DNA of 64,000 nt from Thermodesulfobacteriota bacterium (GCA_049320885.1 JBMORA010000009.1:160001-224000), one strand, 5' to 3'. Shown: positions 22,650-33,048, numbered from the stretch's first letter. A program made the numbers and translations. The notes: generated by a model from the sequence alone, not told the origin.

Positions 22650-23465
22650 ATGAGTTATTTTCAGGCGATTTTTTTCGGTATCATCCAGGGCTTGACCGAA
22701 TTTTTACCGATTTCATCCACCGCGCATCTGCTGATCGGGCAACAGCTGCTTGGCCTGTCCTCCAGCCCGGCCATGTTCTCGTTTCTGGTCCTGGTGCAAC
22801 TGGGAACCCTGGTTTCGCTGTTTGTTTTTTATCGCCATGACCTATTGGCCATCATGACCGCCGCGCTGGATTTCCGCTCCTTTAAAAAGCAAGGGGGAAT
22901 GAGTCTGGAGGCAAAACTGGGCTGGTACATCCTTCTCGCGACGATTCCGGCCCTGCTGGCCGGGTACTGCCTGAAGGACGCCGTGGAAGCCATGTTTCAG
23001 GCTCCCATGGTGCAGGCGCCGGTTCGTCTTTTCGCCGCGGCGATTCTACTCACCCTGGCGGAATTGGTATCGAAAAAGAATCGTCAGCTGGTGTCCATGA
23101 CCTGGCGGGATGCGCTGATCATCGGGGTTTTTCAGGTGATCGCCGTGTTTCCGGGGGCCTCGCGCAGCGGGACGACCATCAGCGGCGGTTTGTTCTGCGG
23201 ATTCGACCGGCTGGCGGCTGCCCGGTTTGCCTTTCTGATGTCCGTTCCGGTGATGCTGGCGGCCGGCGTGTATGAGATGTTGGATGTTCTGCGAATGCCC
23301 GATATGATTGAATTGCTACCCACCATTGCCATCGGCTTCGTCGTTTCGGCGGTGGTCGGCTGGTTGGCCGTGAAATGGCTGATTCACTACCTGAGCGGGC
23401 ATTCATTATACCTGTTCGCCGGTTATTGCGCGGCGGCGGGCCTGCTGACGATCCTGCTCGCCTGA
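22650..23465 (+). CDS. uppP: Undecaprenyl-diphosphate phosphatase
   Basis: GIIQGLTEFLPISSTAH and PGASRSGTTI motifs. Confidence 0.95.
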   Translation: MSYFQAIFFGIIQGLTEFLPISSTAHLLIGQQLLGLSSSPAMFSFLVLVQLGTLVSLFVFYRHDLLAIMTAALDFRSFKKQGGMSLEAKLGWYILLATIPALLAGYCLKDAVEAMFQAPMVQAPVRLFAAAILLTLAELVSKKNRQLVSMTWRDALIIGVFQVIAVFPGASRSGTTISGGLFCGFDRLAAARFAFLMSVPVMLAAGVYEMLDVLRMPDMIELLPTIAIGFVVSAVVGWLAVKWLIHYLSGHSLYLFAGYCAAAGLLTILLA

Positions 23466-23494
23466 GAAGATCCGATGAAGAGGGGAGGAAACCC

Positions 23495-24601
23495 ATGATG
23501 AAAATGGATGGTAAGGAACTTCGACCCATCTGGCTGAATGCGGATCAGGCAACCGTGAATATCATCGATCAGCGGTTATTGCCCCACGATTTCGTGATCG
23601 CTGAACTGAAAACGGTCGATCATGCCATTACGGCCATTGCCGATATGTTTGTCCGGGGAGCACCCCTGATCGGCGTAACCGGAGCGTACGGTATCTTTCT
23701 CGCCGCATGGAACGCGCCCCATGGCGCTCCATCGGATGAATATCTGCTGCGGGAAGCCGAACGGATCAAGGCCGCCCGGCCGACCGCCGTCAATCTAAGC
23801 TGGGCCGTGGAACGGTCATTGGCCGAGGTGTTACAGGCCCCGCCGGAGCATCGGATGGATGCGGCCCGAAAAGCGGCAGCCGAAATCGCCGCGGAAGAGG
23901 CGGATAATTGCCGCAGGATCGGCGAACACGGGTATATGCTGGTGGAAGCCATCCGCCGCAGGAAAAGCGACGCGCCGGTGAATATTCTGACCCATTGCAA
24001 CGCCGGCTGGCTGGCTTGCATCGAGTATGGCACGGCCACGGCCCCCATGTACATCGCCCATGAAAAAGGGGTCGATATTCATGTGTGGGTGGATGAGACC
24101 CGTCCCCTCAACCAGGGCGCCCGTCTTACGGCCTGGGAACTCGGCAGGCGCGGGATCCGACATACGGTGATCACGGACAACGCCGGCGGGCATTTGATGC
24201 AACACGGTATGGTGGACCTGGTCATTGTGGGGTCGGACAGGACTACCTACACCGGGGACGTGGCCAACAAGATCGGTACGTATTTAAAAGCCCTGGCAGC
24301 CAGGGACAATGGCGTCCCTTTTTATGTCGCCCTGCCTTCCAGTACCATCGACTGGACCATTTCGGATGGTATCCGGGATATCCCCATTGAAAACCGCAAC
24401 GGTGATGAGATCCGGTATGTTCAAGGACTGTCCCAGGGCCGGATTCAAAGCGTGCTGGTGACTCCGTCGGAAAGTCCGGCCATCAACCACGCGTTCGATG
24501 TCACGCCGGCAAGGCTGGTCACCGGCCTGATCACGGAAAGGGGGGTCTGCAAGGCTTCCATGGAAGGCATTCAGGGACTTTTCCCGGAAAGACGCCGGTG
24601 A
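23495..24601 (+). CDS. mtnA: S-methyl-5-thioribose-1-phosphate isomerase
   Basis: IDQRLLP, VRGAPLIG, RPTAVNL, LTHCNAGWLA, DETRP, NKIGT, FDVTP; RBS GGAGG before ATG 23495. Confidence 0.95.
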   Translation: MMKMDGKELRPIWLNADQATVNIIDQRLLPHDFVIAELKTVDHAITAIADMFVRGAPLIGVTGAYGIFLAAWNAPHGAPSDEYLLREAERIKAARPTAVNLSWAVERSLAEVLQAPPEHRMDAARKAAAEIAAEEADNCRRIGEHGYMLVEAIRRRKSDAPVNILTHCNAGWLACIEYGTATAPMYIAHEKGVDIHVWVDETRPLNQGARLTAWELGRRGIRHTVITDNAGGHLMQHGMVDLVIVGSDRTTYTGDVANKIGTYLKALAARDNGVPFYVALPSSTIDWTISDGIRDIPIENRNGDEIRYVQGLSQGRIQSVLVTPSESPAINHAFDVTPARLVTGLITERGVCKASMEGIQGLFPERRR

Positions 24602-24709
24602 CCTGTGTCGCCGGAAAAGGGATGTCAAAGGACCAGTGACGGAAACCAAATATCAGGAGGCCCGGCCCGTTGATGCGCCGCGGCCTGGGGAAGAGGATAT
24701 TTTAAGGGA

Positions 24710-25225
24710 ATGAATGACCACTCGGGCAATTCGTCAACGCCGGCGCCCCCGGTGCTGACCGAATTGGAAAAAAAAATTATTGCTTCCATTCAGGGAGATA
24801 TTCCGATTAGCCCGCGGCCGTACCTGGAAATCGCCGAAAAAATGGGCATCGATGAAGAGAGCCTGCTCGCGAATTTGAGGCGGCTTTCGGATGGGGGGTT
24901 CATCCGTCGTTTCGGCGCCACCCTGCGCCATCAGAAATCCGGATACAAAGCCAATGCCATGGTGGCCTGGCAGGTGGATGAAGACCGGGTGGAAGAGGTG
25001 GGTGTGATAATGGCTTCGTTTCGGCAGGTTTCACACTGCTACCGCAGGAATCCGACTGCCGGATGGCCTTACAATCTTTATACCATGGTGCATGCCAGCG
25101 ACCCGGAAGTCTGCCGGAAAATCGCCCGGAAGATAGCGGAAAAAACCAATGTCGACACCTATGCCCTGCTGTTCAGCCGCAAGGAACTGAAAAAGACGTC
25201 CATGGCGTATTTCACCGTTGACTGA
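24710..25225 (+). CDS. ahbB: Siroheme decarboxylase beta subunit (AsnC/Lrp-like fold)
   Basis: IQGDIP..RPY, IRRFGATLRH, ANAMVAW, SHCYRR, WPYNLYTMVH, ELKKTSM. Confidence 0.85.
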   Translation: MNDHSGNSSTPAPPVLTELEKKIIASIQGDIPISPRPYLEIAEKMGIDEESLLANLRRLSDGGFIRRFGATLRHQKSGYKANAMVAWQVDEDRVEEVGVIMASFRQVSHCYRRNPTAGWPYNLYTMVHASDPEVCRKIARKIAEKTNVDTYALLFSRKELKKTSMAYFTVD

Positions 25226-26582
25226 TGCGCCGCAGCCCATGCTTCGAGACGTTCCCCATATATTGCTGGTGAATCCCTGGATTCATGATTTTGCCGCGTA
25301 CGACTTCTGGGCCAAACCCCTGGGACTCCTTCAGCTGGCGGCGATCCTGCGTCAGAGCGGGGTGGCGGTGACCTATATCGACTGTCTCGACAGGTTCCAC
25401 CCCCGGGCGCCCCAATCCGATCCCCTTGCCCGGAACGGCAGGGGGCCATACCTGAAAACCCGGATTGAAACACCTCCCGGACTTGTCGACGTCGCCCGGA
25501 ATTTTTCACGCTACGGCATACGGAAGGAATGGCTGGAAGAGGATCTATCCATCCTGCGGCCCCCGGACCTGATCCTGGTGACCTCCCTGATGACCTACTG
25601 GTATACCGGAGTTGCGGAGACCGTCCGGTTATTGAAGGGGGTTTTCCCGGAAACGCCGCTGATTCTGGGAGGAATCTATGCCAGTCTCTGCCGGGAGCAC
25701 GCGGCAACCGTCCCGGGCGTCGACCGGGTGGTTGCCGGACCGGGGGAGGAGGAGATTGCGGCGCTGGTTGCCGAGTTCACCGGATATCCGGTCAGTTCCG
25801 GATGGCAGACTGGGAATATGGATTCCCTGCCATACCCGGCGTTTGATCTGCAAACCAGAATCGGTTATGTTCCAGTGATCACCTCGAAAGGTTGCCCGTT
25901 CTCCTGCGCTTATTGTGCGTCGTCGTTTTTAAACCCCGTGCATGCGAGGCGGCAGCCGGAATCGGTTTTGATGGAGCTGATCCACTGGCATCGCAACCAC
26001 CGGGTGGATGATTTTGTTTTCTATGATGATGCGCTGCTGGTGGGTGCCGGGCGGCATATCGTGCCCCTGCTGGAAAGTGTTATCCGCTCTGACCTCCGGG
26101 TCCGCTTTCACACCCCGAATGCGCTGCATGTCCGCGAGATCAATGACGAAACGGCAGTTCTCATGCATCGTGCCGGCTTCAAGACCATCCGGTTGGGACT
26201 CGAATCCGCCGAATTTTCAAAACAGTGGGATTTGGATGAAAAACTCACCGAGGCAGAATTCCAGCGGGCCATCCGTTGCTTGAGGTCGGCCGGTTTCCGG
26301 AAGGAGCAGATCGGCGCCTATCTGCTGGCCGGATTGCCGGGGCAGCAGCTTGAGGCCGTTCTCCGGTCCATTCGGATTGTGGCGGACACAGGCGTCACGC
26401 CCATTATCGCTTATTACAGCCCCATACCCCACACCCCGTTATGGGACCGGGCGGTGGCATCGTCCCGTTATGATCTCGCGGCTGATCCGATTTTTACCAA
26501 TAACGCCATTTCCCCTTGCCAGGAAGAGCCGTTTTCCTGGTCCACGATTTCCAAATTGAAGCAATGGGCCGGGGGGAAATAG
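25218..26582 (+). CDS. B12-binding-domain radical SAM protein
   Basis: LLVNPWIHDF..KPLGLL, LGGIYAS, TSKGCPFSCAYC (CxxxCxxC); alternative start ATG 25239. Confidence 0.85.
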   Translation: MTDAPQPMLRDVPHILLVNPWIHDFAAYDFWAKPLGLLQLAAILRQSGVAVTYIDCLDRFHPRAPQSDPLARNGRGPYLKTRIETPPGLVDVARNFSRYGIRKEWLEEDLSILRPPDLILVTSLMTYWYTGVAETVRLLKGVFPETPLILGGIYASLCREHAATVPGVDRVVAGPGEEEIAALVAEFTGYPVSSGWQTGNMDSLPYPAFDLQTRIGYVPVITSKGCPFSCAYCASSFLNPVHARRQPESVLMELIHWHRNHRVDDFVFYDDALLVGAGRHIVPLLESVIRSDLRVRFHTPNALHVREINDETAVLMHRAGFKTIRLGLESAEFSKQWDLDEKLTEAEFQRAIRCLRSAGFRKEQIGAYLLAGLPGQQLEAVLRSIRIVADTGVTPIIAYYSPIPHTPLWDRAVASSRYDLAADPIFTNNAISPCQEEPFSWSTISKLKQWAGGK

Positions 26583-26605
26583 GGGCAACCAGGGAGGATG
26601 TTTGC

Positions 26606-27061
26606 ATGGCCATGGAGGAAGGAATCGTCGTCGCCGTCGAAAACAACAACGCCAAGGTTCGGACCAGGCAATCAGCGACCTGCGAAGCATGCGCCTCGCG
26701 ATCCTCCTGCAATGCCATGGGGGGGGGGAACGACATGGAAGTGGAGGCGCTCAATACTGTCGGTGCCCGGGTCGGGGATACGGTGATCCTGAAGATCGAA
26801 GCCGCTCCCTTGTTCAAGGTCACTTTCCTGCTGTATGTTTTTCCCGTTTTGTGCTTGTTCATGGGCGCCGTCATCGGCCAGGAACTGGCCCCGCTGTTGA
26901 GCTGGAACAACTCGCTGGTTTCAGCCGGCATGGGCTTTCTGTTTTTCATTATCGCCATGGTCTTTGTCCGGCGAATGGCGAACCGTCTGGCGGGCCGGGC
27001 GGAGTATAAACCAGTGATCCTCCGGATCAAACACAGCCTCGCCTGCAAGCCAATGGAATAG
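26606..27061 (+). CDS. RseC/MucC-family membrane protein
   Basis: MEEGIVV, CEAC...SC motif, GARVGDTV, LYVFP, two TM helices; RBS GGAGG. Confidence 0.85.
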   Translation: MAMEEGIVVAVENNNAKVRTRQSATCEACASRSSCNAMGGGNDMEVEALNTVGARVGDTVILKIEAAPLFKVTFLLYVFPVLCLFMGAVIGQELAPLLSWNNSLVSAGMGFLFFIIAMVFVRRMANRLAGRAEYKPVILRIKHSLACKPME

Positions 27062-27067
27062 AGACGC

Positions 27068-28123
27068 TTATTCCTCATATGGGAAACATCGTCCTTGGAA
27101 ATTCCGGACCGACCAGCGCCCGGGGGCTTCCTGTCGGGCGTATTCCGGCAGAATCGGCGTTTTCCCGCCGCCGCCGGGGAGATCGATCATGTAGTGGGGA
27201 ACGCAAAGACCGGAAACGTGTCCCCGCAAGGCTTGCATGATTTCCAGTCCCTTGGCAAGCGGCAGCCGGAAGTGCAGGGCCCCCCGCACCGGGTCCGGAT
27301 GATGCAGATAATAGGGCTTGACCCGGATCCGGACAAGCCCGCGCATGAGTTCGCGCATGATCCCCACCTCGTCGTTGACGCCTTTCAGCAGCACGCTCTG
27401 ACACCCCAGGGGAATTCCCGCCTCGGCCAGTCGCCCGCAGGCTCCGGCCGACAACTCCGTGATTTCATCCGGATGATTGAACTGGGTGATGATGTAGAGT
27501 GGATGATACCGCCGCAGCATTTCCAACAGATGGCTGGTAATGCGTTGCGGCAGAACGCAGGGCATGCGCGTATGGATGCGGATGATGTCGATATGGCGGG
27601 TCGCCCGCAGTTTCTTAAGGATTCCATCCAGTTCATCGTCCGGCAGCATCAGGGGATCCCCGCCGGAAAGAATGACTTCCCGGATCGTACGGGTAGCGGC
27701 TACATAGTCCAATCCCGCCTGGATCATTTCTCCCCGGATGGGCCTGTCCGAGCCGACTTTGCGTTTGCGCATGCAATGACGACAATACAATGCACAGCGA
27801 TTGGAAACGATCATCACCACCCGATCCGGATACCGATGAATCACCCCCGGCGCCCGGGACTGTTCTTCTTCCGCAAAGGGATCTTCCATTCCCCGATTGT
27901 CATCCAGTTCCCGGATGTCCGGCACTGCCTGGCGCCAGCAGGGATTACCGGCTTTTCGGATGAGTTCCCAGTAATAGGGGTTGATCCGCATGGGATAACG
28001 CCGGATTACCTTCCGGATGTCCTCCCGCGCAGCCGGCGGCAGGTCTGGCAGCTGTTCCGCCGATACCATACTGGCCGACACCAGTTCCCGCCAATCGGCC
28101 GATTCGATGCTTCCGTTCCCCAT
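27068..28123 (-). CDS. KamA-family radical SAM aminomutase
   Basis: HRYPDRV, CALYCRHCMRKR, LSGGDPL, QSVLLKGVND, PYYL, DLPGGGGK (PLP Lys). Confidence 0.92.
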   Translation of the reverse strand: MGNGSIESADWRELVSASMVSAEQLPDLPPAAREDIRKVIRRYPMRINPYYWELIRKAGNPCWRQAVPDIRELDDNRGMEDPFAEEEQSRAPGVIHRYPDRVVMIVSNRCALYCRHCMRKRKVGSDRPIRGEMIQAGLDYVAATRTIREVILSGGDPLMLPDDELDGILKKLRATRHIDIIRIHTRMPCVLPQRITSHLLEMLRRYHPLYIITQFNHPDEITELSAGACGRLAEAGIPLGCQSVLLKGVNDEVGIMRELMRGLVRIRVKPYYLHHPDPVRGALHFRLPLAKGLEIMQALRGHVSGLCVPHYMIDLPGGGGKTPILPEYARQEAPGRWSVRNFQGRCFPYEE

Positions 28124-28219
28124 TTTCCTTCCTTCCCCCGAATACCAGCCGTAGGCCTTGATCCATATTCATCCAGGCGTTATGATAACGCAACTTTCCC
28201 TCTTTGAAAAGGACCAAGC

Positions 28220-28825
28220 ATGCCGTCATCCACCATGGTAAAAAACCGCTGCATATGGGCTGGAAACGATCCCCTGTATATCCGCTATCATGATCTGGAA
28301 TGGGGTGTCCCGCTGCATGACGATCGCAGATTGTTCGAATTTCTGGTTCTCGAGGGGGCCCAGGCCGGGCTGAGCTGGATAACCATATTGAAAAAACGCC
28401 CGCATTACCGGGCCGCTTTCTGTCATTTCGATCCGGAAAAAGTGGCGCGGTTCGGCAAGCAAAAGATCGCGCACCTCTTGACCGATCCGGGCTTGATTCG
28501 GAACCGCTTGAAGATCGAGGCGGCGGTGCGGAATGCCCGTGCATTTCTTGCAGTGGCGGACGAGTTCGGAAGTTTTGATCGGTATATCTGGCGCTTCGTG
28601 GACGGTGTTCCCATTCGGAATGAGTGGCGACGCCATGCGGACATCCCGACCAGGACCGAAGTCTCGGTTGCCATGAGCCATGATTTGAAAAAAAGAGGAT
28701 TTTCGTTTGTCGGCCCCACCATCTGTTATGCATTCATGCAGGCCGTGGGAATGGTGAACGATCATACGGTCGACTGCTTCCGTCACTCCCAGATTCCATC
28801 GCGGCGGGTCGCTGTATGCGGTTGA
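28220..28825 (+). CDS. tag: DNA-3-methyladenine glycosylase I
   Basis: RCIW, YHDLEWG, LEGAQAGLSWITIL, IRNRLKI, FVGPTICYAFMQAVGMVNDH. Confidence 0.96.
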   Translation: MPSSTMVKNRCIWAGNDPLYIRYHDLEWGVPLHDDRRLFEFLVLEGAQAGLSWITILKKRPHYRAAFCHFDPEKVARFGKQKIAHLLTDPGLIRNRLKIEAAVRNARAFLAVADEFGSFDRYIWRFVDGVPIRNEWRRHADIPTRTEVSVAMSHDLKKRGFSFVGPTICYAFMQAVGMVNDHTVDCFRHSQIPSRRVAVCG

Positions 28826-28856
28826 CAATGCATTCCATGCCTGTTACAAAATTGTT
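28822..28856 (+). promoter_or_regulatory. Sigma-70 promoter of the NifA-like gene, with a palindrome overlapping the -10 box
   Basis: TTGACA (28822)-N17-TACAAA (28845) with extended -10 TG; TACA-AAAT-TGTT at 28845-28856. Confidence 0.6.
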
Positions 28857-28935
28857 ATTTTTTGTCAGGACCGCATTTTTTCATGGGATACGACCCGGAT
28901 TTTTGGACATTCGCGGCGGCGGAAGGTAGCCTGTA

Positions 28936-30459
28936 ATGAAAAAAATAGAAGAGATCACCCTATTTTACGAGATCAGCGAAGCACTGAGCGAGCACCTTGA
29001 TCTGAAAAAATCCCTTTATAAAGTGCTGGACATTCTTTCCAGCGGTATGGATATGATTCGGGGCACCATCACCCTGCTGAATCCGCTGCGGAACGAGATC
29101 AATATAGAAGTAGCCCACGGTCTTTCCCAAAGCGCCATGGACCGGGGGAAATACAAACTGGGAGAAGGGGTTACCGGCCGGGTGATCCAGACGGGCAAAT
29201 CCATCTCGATCCCTAAAATCAGCGAAGAACCGCTTTTCCTGGATCGCACCGCCACCCGCAAGGGCTCACAGTTCAAGGAGGCGTCCTTTATTTGCGTTCC
29301 CATTAAAAAAGGAACAAAAGTAATCGGAGCCCTCAGCGTGGACAGGCTCTATGATGAGAATTTCCCCTTGAAAAAAGGAGAGAAAATATTGTCGGTCGTG
29401 GCCACCATGATCGAACGCCAGGTGATCAACCTGGAAACCATCAGCATGGAAAAGGAACAGCTGAAGGATGAAAACAAGCGCCTGAGAAATGAACTGGAAA
29501 AAAAATATCGTTTCAATAACATCATCGGCAACAGCAACAAGATGCGTGAAGTTTATCAAATGATTTCACAGGTTTCAAAGAGCAACGCCACGGTTTTGAT
29601 CCGGGGCGAGAGCGGCACCGGCAAGGAACTGGTGGCCAATTCCATTCACTACAACAGCCTTCGGACCAAATTCCCTTTTGTAAAAGTAAATTGCGCGGCG
29701 TTGCCCTCCAACCTGATTGAAAGCGAACTGTTCGGACATGAAAAAGGGGCTTTTACCGGCGCGGTGAAGCAAAAAATCGGAAAATTCGAACTGGCCAATA
29801 AGGGCACGATTTTTCTAGACGAAGCCGGTTCCATTGATTTGGACGTGCAGGTCAAACTGCTGCGGGTTCTCCAGGAACGGGAGTTCGAACGTGTTGGCGG
29901 CCATCATACCATTAAAGTGGATGTTCGGATCATTGCCGCGACCAACAAAAATCTGGAACAGGCGGTGGAAAATGAAACGTTTCGCGGCGATTTGTATTAC
30001 CGCTTGAATGTATTTCCGATTTACATGCCGCCGCTGCGGGAACGAAAAACCGATATCCTGCTTCTGGCCGATTATTTTCTGGAAAAATATTCAGTTGAAA
30101 ACGATAAGGAAATAAAGCGGTTGTCGACGCCGGCAATCGACATGATGATGGGATATCACTGGCCGGGCAATGTCCGGGAACTTGAAAATGTCATTGAACG
30201 CGCCGTGCTTCTTTGCGAGGAGGGGGTGATTCACAGCTACCATTTGCCGGCTACCCTGCAAACCGGCACGGAATCCAACACGCTTCCGGCCCTTTCTCTC
30301 GAAGCCGCCGTCGCCAGCCTGGAGAAGGAAATGATCATCGACGCCCTCAAGAATACCCGCGGAAACATATCGCTGGCGGCAAAAATGCTCGATACCACGG
30401 TCCGGAAATTTTCCTATAAAGCTCAAAAGTTCAATGTCAACTATCGGCATTATCGATAG
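28936..30459 (+). CDS. NifA-like sigma-54 activator (GAF-AAA+-HTH)
   Basis: GAF with [11 protein letters not shown]...EPLFLDRT...[39 protein letters not shown]-terminal HTH. Confidence 0.9.
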   Translation: MKKIEEITLFYEISEALSEHLDLKKSLYKVLDILSSGMDMIRGTITLLNPLRNEINIEVAHGLSQSAMDRGKYKLGEGVTGRVIQTGKSISIPKISEEPLFLDRTATRKGSQFKEASFICVPIKKGTKVIGALSVDRLYDENFPLKKGEKILSVVATMIERQVINLETISMEKEQLKDENKRLRNELEKKYRFNNIIGNSNKMREVYQMISQVSKSNATVLIRGESGTGKELVANSIHYNSLRTKFPFVKVNCAALPSNLIESELFGHEKGAFTGAVKQKIGKFELANKGTIFLDEAGSIDLDVQVKLLRVLQEREFERVGGHHTIKVDVRIIAATNKNLEQAVENETFRGDLYYRLNVFPIYMPPLRERKTDILLLADYFLEKYSVENDKEIKRLSTPAIDMMMGYHWPGNVRELENVIERAVLLCEEGVIHSYHLPATLQTGTESNTLPALSLEAAVASLEKEMIIDALKNTRGNISLAAKMLDTTVRKFSYKAQKFNVNYRHYR

Positions 30460-30480
30460 CCTTGTTCTTTCATTTTATTT

Positions 30481-30509
30481 TTGACATACCGCCGGATCTT
30501 TTTTATGCT
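30481..30509 (+). promoter_or_regulatory. Putative sigma-70 promoter of the PilZ gene
   Basis: TTGACA-N17-TATGCT, 46 nt upstream of ATG 30556. Confidence 0.6.
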
Positions 30510-30555
30510 GAAAGCAGTTCATCAATAAGGGCCTGTTTGGGGAGACCGTGACGAT

Positions 30556-30942
30556 ATGGACAGCAAGAAACAATCACAGCAACCGGCGAAGCCGCAACTG
30601 GAATCCGCAAAGCAGGCCCATGGGCGGGTAGAAGCGGCGCTGGGGGAAAAGCGACGCGACATTCGCAAACCGTATTTCATGGCCGTGGATTATGCCACGG
30701 ACGATCGATTCTACCAGGAATTTATTTTCAACATCAGCGGGGGCGGCGTCTATATCGAAACTCGTCAGCCGCTTCCGGTGGGTCAGCCCATCTCGCTGAC
30801 ATTCACCCTGCCCGACCAGCACACCTATATCAAAACCAGCGGAAACGTTGTCCGAACGGACGGGAAGGGAATCGGTGTCGCCTTTCGAAACAAGGATTTG
30901 GACATCCGCAACCGCATCATTGAGGCCGTCGCCAACTTGTAG
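30556..30942 (+). CDS. PilZ-domain protein
   Basis: RxxxR (KRRDIR), NISGGG, GNVVR, GIGVAF. Confidence 0.88.
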   Translation: MDSKKQSQQPAKPQLESAKQAHGRVEAALGEKRRDIRKPYFMAVDYATDDRFYQEFIFNISGGGVYIETRQPLPVGQPISLTFTLPDQHTYIKTSGNVVRTDGKGIGVAFRNKDLDIRNRIIEAVANL

Positions 30943-30972
30943 GGAAACAGCCGGATTCCAATGTGAGGGGGG

Positions 30973-32379
30973 TTACAGAAGGTCGCTCGCCAGGTCGGCC
31001 AGTTCCGAGCGCTCCCCCCTTTCCAGGTTGACATGGGCATAAATCATCTGGCCCTGCATTTTTTCAATCAAATAGCTCAATCCGTTGGAGAGGCTGTCTA
31101 AATAGGGGTGGTCGATTTGAAAGATGTCCCCGGTGAAGACGATCTTGGTCCCTTCCCCGGCCCGGGTGATGATGGTCTTGACTTCATGCGGGGTGAGGTT
31201 CTGGGCTTCATCGACGATGAAGAAGATTTTTACCAGGCTGCGGCCTCGTATGTAGGACAAGGGGGAAATGATCAATTTCTCTTTTTCCAGAAAATCCTTG
31301 ATCTGGCGGTTCTGGGGGTTGGAATCCCCGAACTGGTTCTGGATGACCCCTAAATTGTCATACAACGGTTGCATATAGGGATCCAGTTTCGAATCAATAT
31401 CTCCGGGGAGAAAGCCGAGATCCTTGTTGCTGAGAGGGACCACCGGGCGGGCCAGAAAAATTTGGCGATACTGCTTTCGCGTTTCCAGGGCGCCGGCCAG
31501 GGCCAGGAGCGTTTTCCCCGTGCCTGATTTTCCGGAAATGCTTACCAGCCGGATATGGGGGCTCAACAGGGCATGCAACGCAAAGGTTTGCTCCGCATTT
31601 CGTGGAGTGATTCCGTATACGGAATTTTTTTCAACCCGGGCAATGCGGCGGCTCAACGGGTCAAAGACCCCCAGAACGGATTTCTTTATATTTTTCAGGA
31701 CGAAGTATTCATTGGCCACAAATTTTTCATGTTCCGGGACATCCTCCAGGGCCGCTTCATACGGTGGCTGATACATGGAATCGATGACCGTTTCCGGGAC
31801 ATTTTCCAACGTCCGGCATCCGGTGTATAACGCCGCTATGTCCTTGACATGATCCGTGGTGTAATCCTGAGCCGTCATGCCGACGGATTTGGCCTTCATT
31901 CGCAGGTTCACGTCCTTGGTTACCAGAATGACCTGCTCCCTGGGCCGTTCCTTGAACAGGTGGTAGGCGATATTTAAAATGTTATGGTCGTGTTTTTTTT
32001 CCGAGAAATTGAGCTTCAGGTCCGGGTGGATGTTCTGTTCCAGCTTGATGAACATTCTGCCGCGGTCCTTTCCCAATAAAACCCCGCCGTTGAACAGCTT
32101 GTCGCCGCTTAGGGCGTCCAGGGTTCGCAGAAATTCCCGTGCGTGAAAATTGAGGCTGCCGTTTCCTTTTTTGAACTGGTCCAGTTCCTCCAGAACGGTT
32201 ATGGGAATGACGACATCGTGCTCTTTGAATTGGGTGATGCAGGAGCTGTCGTGCAGAATGACATTGGTGTCCAGGACAAAGATTTTCCGGGGCTGACTGT
32301 TGTGATCCAAGATGGTTTCCTGAAGCCGAAAGGGGGCCCGATCGGTGGCTTTAATCGGATTCGAATTGCTCGATGGCAT
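30973..32379 (-). CDS. PIN-PhoH fusion protein (YlaK/PhoH2-like)
   Basis: FVLDTNV, VLEELD, LVTKDVNLR, GKSGTGKT, LGFLPG, IRGRS, DEAQN, GDIFQID. Confidence 0.93.
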   Translation of the reverse strand: MPSSNSNPIKATDRAPFRLQETILDHNSQPRKIFVLDTNVILHDSSCITQFKEHDVVIPITVLEELDQFKKGNGSLNFHAREFLRTLDALSGDKLFNGGVLLGKDRGRMFIKLEQNIHPDLKLNFSEKKHDHNILNIAYHLFKERPREQVILVTKDVNLRMKAKSVGMTAQDYTTDHVKDIAALYTGCRTLENVPETVIDSMYQPPYEAALEDVPEHEKFVANEYFVLKNIKKSVLGVFDPLSRRIARVEKNSVYGITPRNAEQTFALHALLSPHIRLVSISGKSGTGKTLLALAGALETRKQYRQIFLARPVVPLSNKDLGFLPGDIDSKLDPYMQPLYDNLGVIQNQFGDSNPQNRQIKDFLEKEKLIISPLSYIRGRSLVKIFFIVDEAQNLTPHEVKTIITRAGEGTKIVFTGDIFQIDHPYLDSLSNGLSYLIEKMQGQMIYAHVNLERGERSELADLASDLL

Positions 32380-32683
32380 CCTTTTTATTTATGATCTCGG
32401 TAAGCTTGATGCCGAATTTTTCATTAACGACAACAGCGGTCCCCAAGGCCACCAGCTTTTTGTTGATATATACCCGCAAGGGCTCGCCGGCCAGGTTGTC
32501 CAATTCCACCACGGAACCAGGCTGGATGTTGATCAGATCGCTGACATTCAGTTTGCAACCGCCCAATACGACGGATAAGTCCAATTGAATATCGAGAATC
32601 ATGTCGAGCTTTGATTCGTCATGTCCTCCTGTAAATACGGTCGGGCGGTGGTCGCCTTCTGGTTTATCGTCGCGATCGGACAT
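32351..32683 (-). CDS. fliN: FliN/SpoA-domain protein
   Basis: LDMILDIQLDLSVVLG, GSVVELDNLAGEP, VVVNEKFGIKLTEI. Confidence 0.85.
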   Translation of the reverse strand: MSDRDDKPEGDHRPTVFTGGHDESKLDMILDIQLDLSVVLGGCKLNVSDLINIQPGSVVELDNLAGEPLRVYINKKLVALGTAVVVNEKFGIKLTEIINKKDAIEQFESD

Positions 32684-33048
32684 CAGAAACTTGCTGCTTT
32701 TTCAAGTGCTTCCATTTTGGTTTTGCATTGAATGCATTGAGTTGCCACCGGCCGGGCCTTCAGGCGGCCGATGGATATCTCCTCATCGCAAATCTCACAG
32801 ATGCCGAAGGTGCCTTCTTCTATCCGCTCCAGGGCGCTTCTGATTTTATTGATCAGGCGGCTTTCGCGATCCTTGATGCGCAGCAGGAAAGTCTGATCCG
32901 TATAGGCCGAAGCCTGATCGATCAAATCGGAATAAGAGCTTTCCTGCTCCTTCAGTTGCGATACCGTATCATTGCTCCGACGAAGCAGATCCTCTAGTTG
33001 CTGCGTAAGAAGTTGCCTAAAAAATTCAAGATCTTTTTTCTTCATCAT
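32683..33048 (-). CDS. dksA: RNA polymerase-binding protein DksA
   Basis: DLIDQA (DxxDxA), RIKDRESRLI, GTFGICEICDEEI...RLKARP...CIQCK zinc finger; start uncertain (33048 preferred). Confidence 0.93.
   Translation of the reverse strand: MMKKKDLEFFRQLLTQQLEDLLRRSNDTVSQLKEQESSYSDLIDQASAYTDQTFLLRIKDRESRLINKIRSALERIEEGTFGICEICDEEISIGRLKARPVATQCIQCKTKMEALEKAASF

Noticed and set aside
28936..30459. Calling this gene nifA of a nitrogen-fixation cluster
   Set aside because: No nif structural genes in the window, and no TGT-N10-ACA sites noticed at the nearby sigma-54 promoters; only the architecture is NifA-like.
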